Assembly: GCF_006345805.1 (NCBI RefSeq)
Contig: NC_043012.1
Location: 2,170,001-2,234,000 of the forward strand
Length of the DNA stretch: 64,000 bases
From: Octopus sinensis
Taxonomy: Eukaryota
Direction of reading: 5' to 3'
Part shown: positions 51,470-63,499 of the stretch, piece by piece
How positions within the stretch are numbered: the first letter of the stretch is position 1
Layout: each line of letters begins with the position of its first letter
The notes under the pieces: model-generated
Database searches by the model: none
Told to the model about the DNA's origin: nothing
Seen by the model: only the letters and a program-made list of their open reading frames with translations
Made by a program: the position numbers and the translations under genes

Positions 51470-52215
51470 ACTTCCGATGATTTCCTGGAAAGTTCCGAGG
51501 ATGAGGCACTTCCTGGAAAGTTCCAAGGAACGGGCACTTCCTGGAGATTTCTGAAGATGGGATTTCCTGGAAATTCCGAGGATGAGGCACTTTATGTAAA
51601 CTTCCGAAGGGACTTCTTGGGAAGTTCCAAGGACTTCCTGGAAAGTTCCTAGGTGGGGCACTTCCTGGAAAGTTCCGAGGGTAAGGCACTTCCTGGAAAC
51701 TTCCGAGGAGGAGATTTCCTGGAAAGTTTCAAGGAATAAAGCACTTCCTGGATAAAACCGATGACGGGACTTCCTGGAAAATTCCGTGGATGGGACCCCT
51801 GGAAAGTTCCAATGATTTCCTGGAAACGTTCCGAGACTTGGACTTCCTGGAAAGTCCCATGGTTTCCTGGAAAGTTCCGAGGTTGAGGCACCTCCTGGAA
51901 AGTTCCGAGGATGAGATACTTTCTGGAAAGTTCTGAGGATTTTCTAGAAAGTTCGGTGGATTTCCTGGAAGGTTCCGAGGATTGGGTACTCCATGGAAAG
52001 ATATGAAGATGAGGGCGTTTCTGAAAAAGTTGGGGACCTCTTGGAAATTCCGTGGAAGGCTACGTCATCGAAATTCCGAGGGAGTGAGATTTCCTGGAAA
52101 TTCCGAGGATGTGTTTTCCTGGAAAGATCCATGGGGAAATCCTGGAAATGTCCAGGGATGTGGACTTCCTGGAAAAGTCAGGGGGACTTCCTGGAACAAT
52201 CCGAAGGAACTTTCT
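51470..52215. repeat. GC-richer minisatellite (~20-30 bp unit, core CACTTCCTGGAAAGTTCCGAGG)
   Basis: About 25 units; I counted 16 perfect TTCCTGGAA motifs manually. Confidence 0.92.
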
Positions 52216-52239
52216 AATGTGTTCCGGTGATGGGTACTA

Positions 52240-52330
52240 TAAGAGCATCACAACAAACTTCAGAACATACCCAAGGCACACAGAGCTGTGCTCGGTAGTG
52301 CAGTGAAAGCATGTTATAAATATAAGACTA

Positions 52331-52364
<34 letters not shown>

Positions 52365-52655
52365 TAATAATAATAATAAATAATAATAATGCAAAGGTCC
52401 TATGGGAGTTTATGATCCAGTGTGACCATGAGATAGAGAATAGGAAACCAGATATAGTGTTAATTGAGTAAGAAAGCAAACAATGCTGAATCATAGATAT
52501 AGCATACCCAGCAGACAACAAGGTATGTGATAAGGAAGAAAGAAAAGTTGATAGATATGATAGGTTAGCTTGGGCGGTTAAGCAGTTGTGGTAATACCAA
52601 TAATTGTCAGAGCCCTGGGAATAGTGAGTAAAAATCTTGAGAACAACATGACTTC
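52240..52655 (+). mobile_element. R4/NeSL-type LINE remnants: a probable 3'UTR with (AAT)n tail, then a REL endonuclease fragment
   Basis: WEFMIQCDHEIENRKPDIVLIE..IIDIAYPADNKVCDKEERKVDRYDRLA..VIPIIVRALGIVSKNL shows the PD..D restriction-like motif. Confidence 0.85.
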
Positions 52656-52888
52656 ACACAGATGAAAACCGTGCGGTCAAACATCCCTGAAAGTTTCATC
52701 TGAATCTCTCTAGTGGTTCTACTATAGGCACAAGGCCTGAAATGTTGGGAAAGGGGCTAGTCAATTAAATTGACCCCAGTGCTCAACAGGTACTTACTTT
52801 ATCAACCCCAAAAGGATGAAAAACAAAGTCGACTTTGGCTGAATTTGAACTCAGAACATAAAGAGCTGGAACAAATATTGTAGTAGTG

Positions 52889-52928
<40 letters not shown>

Positions 52929-53112
52929 CAGCAGCAGCAGCAGCAGCAGGTGGACAGGTAGGGGAGAGGGAAATTTGGATGAGAACGTTTACTACTCCTG
53001 AATGATTCTTCACCTCTTTTGCCCTGAAGGCTTGTCTCCATTGAGATTTATTTCCTATTTCTAGTTTCTGATTTGGCTAACCTATCTATCACACAGTGAT
53101 ACCAACAATCAC

Positions 53113-53173
53113 CCTCTGGAATTTGGCAGTCTTGCTGTCCTTTTCATTGGCAGCATCTTCACTCTGGTCTTTG
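53113..53173 (-). CDS. Candidate exon (KDQSEDAANEKDSKTAKFQR)
   Basis: Acceptor ctttactgttag and donor GTGATT (moderate). Phase 2 is compatible with the candidate at 59376-59584. Confidence 0.35.
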
Positions 53174-54324
53174 CTAACAGTAAAGTTATTTTTGTTTTAG
53201 TAATAATCATATATTTTTCAAGATTATTGATAAAATTTGTTATCTTTTATTGGTTTGGGAGGAATGGGGTTTAAATTGTTCCATCAGCTTTGGGTTAAAT
53301 TATTCTATCAGATTTTGGCTTAAACGGTTCTATTATTAGCAAGCATTCAAACTATTCCAATAGCTTCGATTTAAACTGTTGTATTAGCTTTCGTTTAAAC
53401 TGATATATATATTGCACTCAATCATCTTTGAAAAGGAAGAATGCATCGAATAATGTAATACCTAAAAATAAAGATGGGCTGCTTACAATTGGAATGCGGC
53501 TTTTTGCTGTCCTTTTTTATATTTGTAATAGGTCTGTTTAGTCAGGGCTGAGCTAAATTCTTTAAAATAAAAACAACAACAGCAGCAGTAGTAGTAGTAA
53601 CAGCAGTGTTAATGCTGGTGGCAGTCCAAGATCTCGTACTGGTTACTAGATACATTCATTACAACAAAGACACTAAAACAGAAACATACAAAAAAAAAAG
53701 AATACGATGGGGTGGGTGGATTGATCCTAAATGTAGGTTCTATGAACAAAGTGACAAAAACAGTCAACCACATCTCTGGATGTCCTATCGCTTATATCTT
53801 ATATCTTGTACTTGTTTCAGTCATAAGATTGTGGGCACCACTTTGAAGGGATCGGTCAAACAAAATGACGCCAATACTTATTTATTTTTTTAAAGTCTAA
53901 TAATTATTCTACTGGCTTCTTTTGCTAAACAAACTAACACCGTTTGTCAAGTGGTGGTGTGGAAAAGCACAAAGACACACACACACATATACACATATAC
54001 ACACACGGAACGGGTTTCTACATAGTTTCCATTCTACCAGATTCACTCACAAGGCATTGATCAGTCGAGAGCTATAGTAGAAGATACTCGGCCAAGGTGC
54101 TGTGCAGTGGGACTGAACCTGAAACCACGTGACTGCAAAGTAACCTTCTTAACCACACAGACATACCTGTACCTTTAAAAGCCAAATAAAAATATGTTTT
54201 GAGAGAGAGACAGAAAAGATGGTAGGTATATTCTCATGAATATGTGTTAAGTGAGAAGAGTAATGTAAGTAATAAAAAAAGACGGTAGAGGCACAAATTA
54301 TTGCAATACAGTGTATGATGTATG

Positions 54325-54712
54325 GGTGGAGGCGCAATGGCCCAGTGGTTAGGGCAGCGGACTCGCGGTCGTAGGATCGCGGTTTCGATTCCCAGACCAG
54401 GCGTTGTGAGTGTTTATTGAGCGAAAACGCCTAAAGCTCCACGAGGCTCCGGCAGGGATGGTGGTGATCCCTGCTGTACTCTTTCACCACAACTTTCTCT
54501 CACTCTTACTTCCTGTTTCTGTTGTACCTGTATTTCAAAGGGCCAGCCTTGTCACTCCCTGTGTCATGCTGAATATCCCCGAGAACTACGTTAAGGGTAC
54601 ACGTGTCTGTGGAGTGCTCAGCGATTTACACGTTAATTTCACGAGCAGGCTGTTCCGTTGATCGGATCAACCGGAACCGTCATCGTCGTAACCGACGGAG
54701 TGCTTCCATCCA
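54325..54712 (+). mobile_element. Young, CpG-rich, apparently full-length tRNA-derived SINE
   Basis: A box TGGCCCAGTGG and B box GGTTTCGATTCCC, internal hairpins, flanked by ATGATGTATGGG on both sides (probable target-site duplication). Confidence 0.85.
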
Positions 54713-55324
54713 TGATGTATGGGAAACATAACAACAATTGGAATATATCAGTCAATACATAAAGAACGTTGGAAGTTAACTCCCAGATATCATCATCAAC
54801 CCGTTTATGGCAAAATTAAATTTCATGCTTATTCCAGTAATGATTTTAAATATCAATCAAAAAATAGAGTTGGTGTTTTCTGCAAGTCATGTTGCCCCAA
54901 GAAACTTGATTTACAGCATCTCGACAAAAAATAGTTTGAAACAAGACTGATATATAAAATTGCTTTCTGCAGTTAAGGGTAATGAAAGTTGAAGTGGATG
55001 TTTCTGCTTTCTGCAGTAAAGGCAAAAATGTTAGCATGTCATGTATTAGTAATATCTTAAGATTATCTCCTCTTCTCATTTAGAGTTGGCCTCAATCATC
55101 TTTAGGTGATTGTTTTACATTCTATGAAAGCAAAGACAATTCCAATAACTCATGAATTAATCATGCATAGCATTTAATAACCTTCACCCATCATTGTTGT
55201 TCACATTCATGCCACTTGTCAGTTAGCATTACTTCTCTTAGCTCATTTTAAATATATCACAATATATATAATATATACAATATATATAATATATATATCA
55301 TTTTATATATATATCACAATATAT

Positions 55325-55640
55325 CATCATCATCGTTTAACATCCGTTCTCCATGCTAGCATGGGTTGGATGGTTCAACTGGGATCTGGGAAGCGAGAAG
55401 GCTGCACCAGGCTCCAGTCTGATCTGGCAGTGTTTCTACAGCTGGATGCCCTTCCTAACGCCAACCACTCCGTGAGTGTAGTGGGTGCTTTTTACGTGTC
55501 ACCAGCACAGGTGCCAGGCGAGGCTGGCAACGGCCACAATTGGATTGGTGCTTTTTATGTGCCACCGGCACGGAAGCCAGTTAAGGTGGCGCTGGCATCG
55601 GCCACGTTCGGATGGTGCTTTTTACGTGCCACTGACCAGA
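55325..55640 (-). mobile_element. RTE LINE 3'UTR copy
   Basis: Same family as 19480-19830. Confidence 0.8.
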
Positions 55641-55649
55641 TCATCATAT

Positions 55650-56030
55650 GCTGTTATACATCACTGGTCACAATGTGCTCTCAATTCTGTCTTGTGTCAA
55701 TCTTTTCTATCATGACCCAAATTGTTTAACTAAACGGTCTTCCCATCATCGTGGAAGCCTTCCAAGTGGCTTTTTCTGATCTATTGGATACCATTCAGTA
55801 ACTTCATGAGTCCACCTATTGTTTGTGAACTCTTATATGTGTCTGGACCAGTGGAATTTGGTGCTTTCAGTACTCTGTAATCACATCATTCACGCCACTC
55901 TATTCTTGAATTATCTCATTTTGAACATGTTCTGTTAATGATATTCCTAGCATGGACCTTTCCATGACCCTTCACATTGTAGCCAATCAATGTTGTAGCC
56001 TCTTCATAGTAGCCCACATCTCACTTGCAA
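55650..56030 (-). mobile_element. Decayed RTE-clade LINE C-terminal fragment
   Basis: WAT.KRL..RVMERSMLGISLTEHVQNEIIQE*SGVNDVI matches the RTE motif ..AMER.MLG.SL.D.I.NE.IR..SGV.DV. Confidence 0.75.
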
Positions 56031-56034
56031 ATAT

Positions 56035-56099
<65 letters not shown>

Positions 56100-56594
56100 C
56101 ATATTTCATTCCATAACTGCCATCTCTGAAGAGCACAGAGTTACATAATCGGACTGTTACCTAACACTCCATTGAAGCCCTAGTGCAAAACTGATTGGTA
56201 AGATCGGTCATAATGGATATATAATACTGTACACATCAATTAGTGAAAGTGCATGACTTAGTGGTTAGGGTGTTGCACTCATGGTTGTGAGATTGTGGGT
56301 TCAATTCCAAGACCGGACATTACGCTGTGTTCTTGAGCAAAGCATTTTATTTGACATGGCTCTGTGATCATTTCATCAGACAAGTGGTACATATCCTATA
56401 TTAGATGTAAATTTAATAGTGTTCACTTCCAGAATCTCCCACTCTGTGAGAGTTTTCAGTTCGAATCACACGTGTCTCGAGATGTGCTGGAGATTTTCTA
56501 TTTTGGATATATTTGGGGTACTTAGGTCTACTCATGACTTGGTGCTTGCTTCTTCCATGGGTATGAGTAAGTATTTCATTTATGTCTTACATAT

Positions 56595-56655
56595 TTATTG
56601 CTGATGAGGAGAAAATTCTTATGAATTAACTCTGAAATTGGGACCGATACAATAG
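56595..56655 (+). ncRNA. Type I hammerhead ribozyme (complete catalytic core)
   Basis: TATTG-CTGATGA-GGAG(AA)AATTC[TTAT]GAATT(AA)CTCT-GAAA-TTG[GGAC]CGA-T-A-CAATA. All three helices form, and the predicted cleavage is after AUA (A56649). Confidence 0.75.
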
Positions 56656-56858
56656 TAACGGAATTTTTTAGAAATTTCTGCCGGCTTGCTTCAAGATGCA
56701 TGTTTAAAGTGATAAATTATATGGTTATTAACAATTTGTCTATTTTTGGCATATTTGGCATTAGAAATTTTTTCTTTTGCCCCTGTTTATAAATTTAACC
56801 TTTAAAGGTATTTTTTAATATGCTGGCCATTAATAAAAGTTTTTTCGAAAAATTTTAT

Positions 56859-56938
<80 letters not shown>

Positions 56939-57010
56939 GATGAAAAAAGATTTTAGAAATTTTTACTACCAGTGGCCTAGCGTATAGAAAAATTAGTCAA
57001 TAGACTAATA

Positions 57011-57263
57011 CAGTGTACATTTAAACACATTAAGAGGTATCCATCATAGGACTCCCTTATGCTAGAAGGAACAGCTGAAGTCCAAACCACTAATTAGGGA
57101 TAAAATCTCAAAGGGAACGAAACATAAAAATAGATGGTAAATGTTTTTATTTTTCATTCCCTTCAAGATTTTATTCCTAATTAGTGGGTTGGACTTTAGC
57201 TGTTCTTTCTAGCGTAAGGGAGTCCTATGACGGATACCTCTTAATGTGTTTAAATGTACACTG
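57011..57263. mobile_element. Tc1/mariner-type palindromic MITE
   Basis: TA|CAGTG...CACTG|TA ends, with ~120-bp arms about 90% complementary and a 13-nt spacer. Confidence 0.9.
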
Positions 57264-57717
57264 TATTATATATATATATATATATATACAGATGTGCATG
57301 TGAGTGTGTGTATATATATATATATACACACACACACACATACACATGCACATATATATATATGTATATATGCATATCTATGTCTGTATACATAAACGCA
57401 CATGCATATGTATGTGCATATATATGGGGGGGGGAAGAGGTGTATAGATTCTAAAACACCCAAGAGGGCATACAAGTTAAAAGAACTGTAAATAAAATGG
57501 ATATAGTAAATGCTAACAATGATTGCTCCCATTACAATGGGATCATTGAGCAAAGTTGGCAAAGAAACAAGAACAGATATTAGAATAATATTCTCTCCAC
57601 TGTCCTGGTAAGAGGAGATACAGAATACAACATTATACAAGACACTGTATTAATAAATATATATATACATACATACATGTGTATATGTGCATGTGTGTGT
57701 ATATATGTATGTATATA

Positions 57718-57761
<44 letters not shown>

Positions 57762-57972
57762 TATATACATATATATGTGTATATATATATATGTATGTAT
57801 GTATATATGTATGCATATACACTCACACGTATATAGGTCTATATTATAATTGGAACACTGATCAATATTGGCAAAGAAACAAGATCAGATATTCGGATAG
57901 CATTTACATTGTCATGCGGACATGGGATACTACAGACAACACAACTAGACATTGTAACATTGCATATTCAAG

Positions 57973-58014
<42 letters not shown>

Positions 58015-58904
58015 CATGCATACATATACTTATATATCTATATATCTATCTATCCATCTATCTGTATGTATGTATGTATGTATGTATGTATGTATGTATG
58101 TATGTATGTATGTATGTATGTATGCATATTCTTTAATTCGTTTCAATCATTTGATTGAAGCCCTGCTGGAGCACCGCCTTTAGTCGAACAAATCAACCCC
58201 AGGACTTATTCTTTGTAAGCCTAGTACTTATTGTATCAGTTCTCTTCTGCCAAACTGCTAAGTTATGGGGATGTAAACGCACCAGCATCAGTTGTCAAGC
58301 AATGGTGCGGGGATAAACACAGACACACAAATGTATACATATATATACGACGGGCTTCTCTCAGTTTCCATCTACCAAATCCACTCATAAGGCTTTGGTC
58401 AGCCCGAGTCTATAGTAGAAGACACTTGCCCAAGTTGTCACATAGTGGGACTGAACCTGAGACCATGTGGTTGGTAAGCAAGCTACTTACCAAACTGCTA
58501 CTCCTGCACCAGTAAAGACACTCCTATATGTGAACTCTTTACTCTTTACTCTTTTACTTGTTTCAGTCATTTGACTGTGGCCATGCTGGAGCACAGCCTT
58601 TTTCAGTCGAGCAAATCGACCCCAGGACTCATTCTTTGGAAGCTTAGTACTTATTCTATCGATCTCTTTTGCCGAAGTCGCTTGCTTCGACTCCACAGCC
58701 CTGTTTTCTAGTCACAAGACTTTTCTTTGTAAAGATGGGAGATATAGTAATAACTGATTTGAATTTTTTGCTTCTTTTATTTGTTTCAACCACTGGAGCT
58801 GGTACTATGCTTGGGCACTGTCACCTTCTCCCAGAGCGTGTAAATGTGTAAAGTCAAAATTAGTCATGGCAGGGTTTGAACCCAGAGTGTAACTCTCTTT
58901 ACTC

Positions 58905-59308
58905 TTTTTACTCTTTTACTTGTTTCAGTCATTTGACTGCGGCCATGCTGGAGCACCACCTTTTAGTCGAGCAAATCGACCCCGGGACTTATTCTTTGTA
59001 AGCCCAGTACTTATTCTATCGGTCTCTTTTGCCAAACCGCTAAGTGACGGGGACGTAAACACACCAGCATCGGTTGTCAAGCAATGCTAGGGGGACAAAC
59101 ACAGACACACAAACACACACATACATATATATACACATATATATATACGACAGGCTTCTTTCAGTTTCCGTCTACCAAATCCACTCACAAGGCATTGGTC
59201 GGCCCGGGGCTATAGCAGAAGACACTTGCCCAAGATGCCACGCAGTGGGACTGAACCCAGAACCATGTGGTTGGTTAGCAAGCTACTTACCACACAGCCA
59301 CTCCTGCG
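58905..59308 (-). mobile_element. tRNA-derived SINE, family B (young, apparently full-length)
   Basis: CpGs are intact; it runs from the CGCAGGAGTGGCTGTGTGG head to the (AAGAGTA)n tail. Confidence 0.88.
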
Positions 59309-59375
59309 TACCAAATTAACTGATAATAATCTCCAATTCGGTCCTCAAATGTGAAGGTCCTTCTCCATCCCTCAC

Positions 59376-59584
59376 ATACTCAGATTTTGGGTAGTAGACT
59401 TAATCTGTGGCCTGGGTTTTAACACTGCTGCCCAACACCTTGGGTGCTGTTTGTTGGATCCATCCACACTGTTGGATCTATTTGAGCCAGACTTCTGGTT
59501 TGAGGATACCTTCCTCCTTTCCCTCCTCCCCATCATTCTTTGGACATCTTGTAAAGAGGTGACAGGCACAGCCTCCCCTCCAGA
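59376..59584 (-). CDS. Candidate exon, low-complexity S/K/R-rich (SGGEAVPVTSLQDVQRMMGRRERRKVSS...QNLS)
   Basis: Strong acceptor ctccctttttttaatcttttag and GC-richer unique sequence. The frame is open for 69 codons up to the GTGAGG donor; alternative donors lie upstream. Confidence 0.45.
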
Positions 59585-60639
59585 CTAAAAGATTAAAAAA
59601 AGGGAGAAAATACTTCGATTAATAAGAATTTCTTCCTTAAGCCTGAAACTTGACATTTTCTAGTAGAAAAATAAACGGAAGCTGTGGCACTCATGTTTTT
59701 TCCTCAGGGAATGTTTGAGACAAGTGTGCAGCTGAATATTTTACATGAAATCAGAAGTGAATGGCAGACTTGGCTTGGGACTAAGAATAACAATAGCAAC
59801 AACAATGATGGTGATGATGGTGATGATGGTGATGATGATGATGATGATGATGATGCCAATGACGACGACGATGATGGTGGTGATGATGATGATAGTGATG
59901 ATGATGATGATGATGATGACTTATGATAACAGTAACAGATATATTGTAATTTGTTTCTATTCAGGTGAAACTAGAGAAGAAGAACAACAGCAACATCAAT
60001 AAAAATGACAACAACTACAATAAAACAAACAAGACGATGACAAAGATGACAGGAAAAGCGATAGACAGAAAAGGATGAGAAGAAAAAGAAAACAGAAAAA
60101 AATAACGGAAGAAAATGGATGAAAGTAGAAAAGTGATGAGAATAGAAAACAAATGACACAAGGGGGGAGGGGGAAGATAGATAGATACAGAGAGAGAGAG
60201 AGAGAGAGAGAAACATGAGAATGATAATGTTGAAAGACAGATATTTACTGTACTATTGATGTTTAAAATATGATCGGAAGCAGGTTTACGAAAATTGGAA
60301 TTGAACTAATTCACCTTTAATCTGCTTACGTACTCCTCTCTGCTACAACCACACAGTGAAATAATATAAAGGTATTCCAATTTCATCAGATTTTTTCTGT
60401 GACACAGCATCACAACAAGGTGTGATATATATATAACCAAACGATAATATTTCTATATTTCTAAGGAGAATTCGTCACCCCCAACCCATCTAAACCATCG
60501 TTTTAGGAAAGAAAGAGATTGGTGAATTTCCCAATTTAGTCTCAGATAAAAAAAAAAAAAAAAAAAAAAAAAACCTTGAGAAACTGAAAATACATTTCAG
60601 GAAGCAGAGTAGCAAATTTTTAAATATGCAGACTTACCT

Positions 60640-60870
60640 ATTTCTTTATTACCCACAAGGGGCTAAACATAGAGAGGACAAACAAGGACAGACATAGGTA
60701 TAAAGTCGATTACATCGACCCAGTGTGTAACTGGTACTTAATTTATCAACCCCGAAAGGATGAAAGGCAAAGTCGACCTTGGCGGAATTTGAACCCACAA
60801 CGTAACGACAGACGAAATACGGCTATGCATTTCGCCCGACGTGCTAACGTTTCTGCCAGCTCGCCGCCTT
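60640..60870 (-). mobile_element. tRNA-derived SINE, family A (young)
   Basis: Reverse complement of the 25277-25510 type. Confidence 0.85.
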
Positions 60871-63499
60871 ACCACACTTCCAAAAGTTTGGCACATGTTC
60901 TCTTAATTTCAGAAGCTGCTATTACTGTGAAAAATATACTAATCACAGCACCATTTCATTCAAATCAAGTGGAATAACCTTAAAAGCATCCAGCTTCTGC
61001 ACCAATGGCTTTTGAACCAACCAAGAAGCCATCTTATGTAGTTTCATGTACATACTCTAGAGTAATGGCTTACATATCTGGGATGGTGCTTCTGATACAA
61101 ACAAACACACACACACATTGTAGATGAGATCCATAGCAGGCTTTTAGGCTTGCATTTGATGTCATCTAACTGGCAAAGCTTTCCACAACACACTACAAAC
61201 ACCTGAGCTAATAATGATGAATCCCCTACAAGGTCACTTGGCAACCTAGAAATACCAACTGCTACTCTACAAATCATGCAATGCTGTTTAAAAGATAAAA
61301 GAATGAAGGACACATAAGATAATTTTGTTATAGTTCTCTTTCTTGTTTCAGTCATTTGACTGTGGCCATGCTGGAGCACTGCCTTGAAAGCTTTTATGAC
61401 CCCAGAACTTATTTCTTAAGCCTAGTATTTATTCTATCGGTCACTTTTGCCAAACTGCCAAGTTAAGGGGATGTAAACACACCAATACTGGATTCAGTCT
61501 CACTGCGTGGCACCTTGGGTGAGTGTCTTCTACTATAACCTCAGGCCAACCAAAACCTCGTAAGTGGATTTAGTAGACAGAAACACACACACGTGTGTGT
61601 GTGTGTGTGCGCGTGTATTTATGTGTCTGTATTTGTCTTCCCACCATTGCTTGACAACCGATGTTGGTGTGTTTACATCCCTATAACTTAGTGGTTCAGC
61701 AAAAGGGACCAATAGAATAAGTACTAGGCTTACAAAGAGTAAGTCCTGGGGTCAAATTGTTTGACTAAAGACGGTGCTCCAGCATAGCCACAGTCAAATG
61801 ACTGAAACAAGTAAAAGAATAAAAGAATTATATATATATATATATATATATATACATTCAATGTGCTTTTGTCAGTTTCTGTCTACCAAATTCACTCACA
61901 AGGGTTTGGTCAACCCAAGGCTATAGTAGAAGACACTTGTCCAAGGTGCCATGCACTGAGACTGAACCCAAAGCTACATGATTGGGAAGCAAGCTTCTTA
62001 CCACACAGCCATGCCTGTGTCTATAGATACACTTTGCATGAATAAAGACAAATGAATGTTCTTGGCAGGAACACTTTTGGTGTTAAGTTTGGTGGATCAG
62101 GGCTAGCCAGGAGCTAACAGCAACAACAACAGGTTGACTCACAGATGTTGATTCTTCTGTCCATTTCGGTTATACTACAATGGAGTCTGTAATTTTCAAC
62201 AAGTAAAGTGCAAACTACCACTTTTTTTTATTACTCGACATTCCTGTCTCTCCTCACGTCTTGTCATCTTTCCAGTTAAACAAGAAATACTTTTACAAAA
62301 AAAGCCAATAAAAGAGCCTCTATATAGTTGTTCGGCTTGCAACAAACAGCAGCCAAATCTACCTCAAATTACATCTTACTGTGTTGAAGAAGGCAGTAGG
62401 GGTGGTAGGGAGACACTGGACAATGTAATCCTAGGTGTGCAATGGGTCGGAGAAGGAAAGGATGGCGGTGGTAGGAAAACCTTTGAATTGCTCGGTCAAG
62501 GCTGAACTTGGAGTTGAGCAAACACCAAAACAAACCCTTCTCGTTTCTCTTGAATCATGTCCTCCCAGATGTTCTAGCCTACCAAATATTTCCTATAGAC
62601 ATCAACGTTTGGAAGTTCAAATTTCAGTTGTGACACTCTTTATAAAGGGTAGCTCCAAAATCACTGTCTATCTTCCATTCATTACTGTTTTATCAACAAA
62701 ATAAACTAACAGACCTGACACTTAGTTCCAGGTAAGCTCCAATCAAGTAAACCTCTGATCAAAAACAATACAGCTATGACCATCCTGTCTTTTTTTTTTT
62801 TTTTAGACATGGTACATCAAGAACTAGATTATCCAATGTCTGTCTTTTAAATGGTAGTATATGATTTGAGAGAAATTTAACTACTACTTCTTGCAGATCA
62901 GACAACCATGTAGAAGCTCTTTCATTGTAAACACCAAACAGAAAATAATTTTTTGGATCAAGTGGATAAAATTACTACAGATCTAACTCACAGTCTGACA
63001 TATTCCAAACGGTATTGGACTATGTGGACTTGGAAGCATAAATTAAAACAATGTTCACAACTGGAATGTCATTGGTCAGAGATTTGCTGAAAGGGGGGGG
63101 TAATCCAAGTGGCCTATGGATTTAAAAAAAATATTATTTAATGTTTTAGGCAATCCATAATAAAGTTTTTATGTTATTCATAATTTTGTTATAATACACA
63201 AGATAAACAATAGTCTCCTACACATTTTTGTTTCTAATTTTTAACCTTAAAACAATTTTTTAAACATTTTGTCTCTAAACATTGCAAAGTCAAAGAGACT
63301 GAGAACTAGTGTAGGATGTGATTTGAGACTAATTTGGCTGCTGTTTCTAGCAGATCAAGTGACCACACAGAGGCTTTTGATTAATTTGTTTAATATATTT
63401 GACTACTTTTGCACAAGTAATGAAGGTGGTAGTAGTATTGGTGGTTGTTGTTTTGAGGCTTGAGAAATGTTGTGTACTAACAACACTTCATCTTTGGTT

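Noticed and set aside
62435-62704. 89-aa + ORF and a minus-strand frame (LKFELPNVDVYRKYLVG*NIWEDMIQEKREGFVL...)
   Set aside because: No recognisable domain, in-frame stops on the minus strand, and no consistent splice sites.
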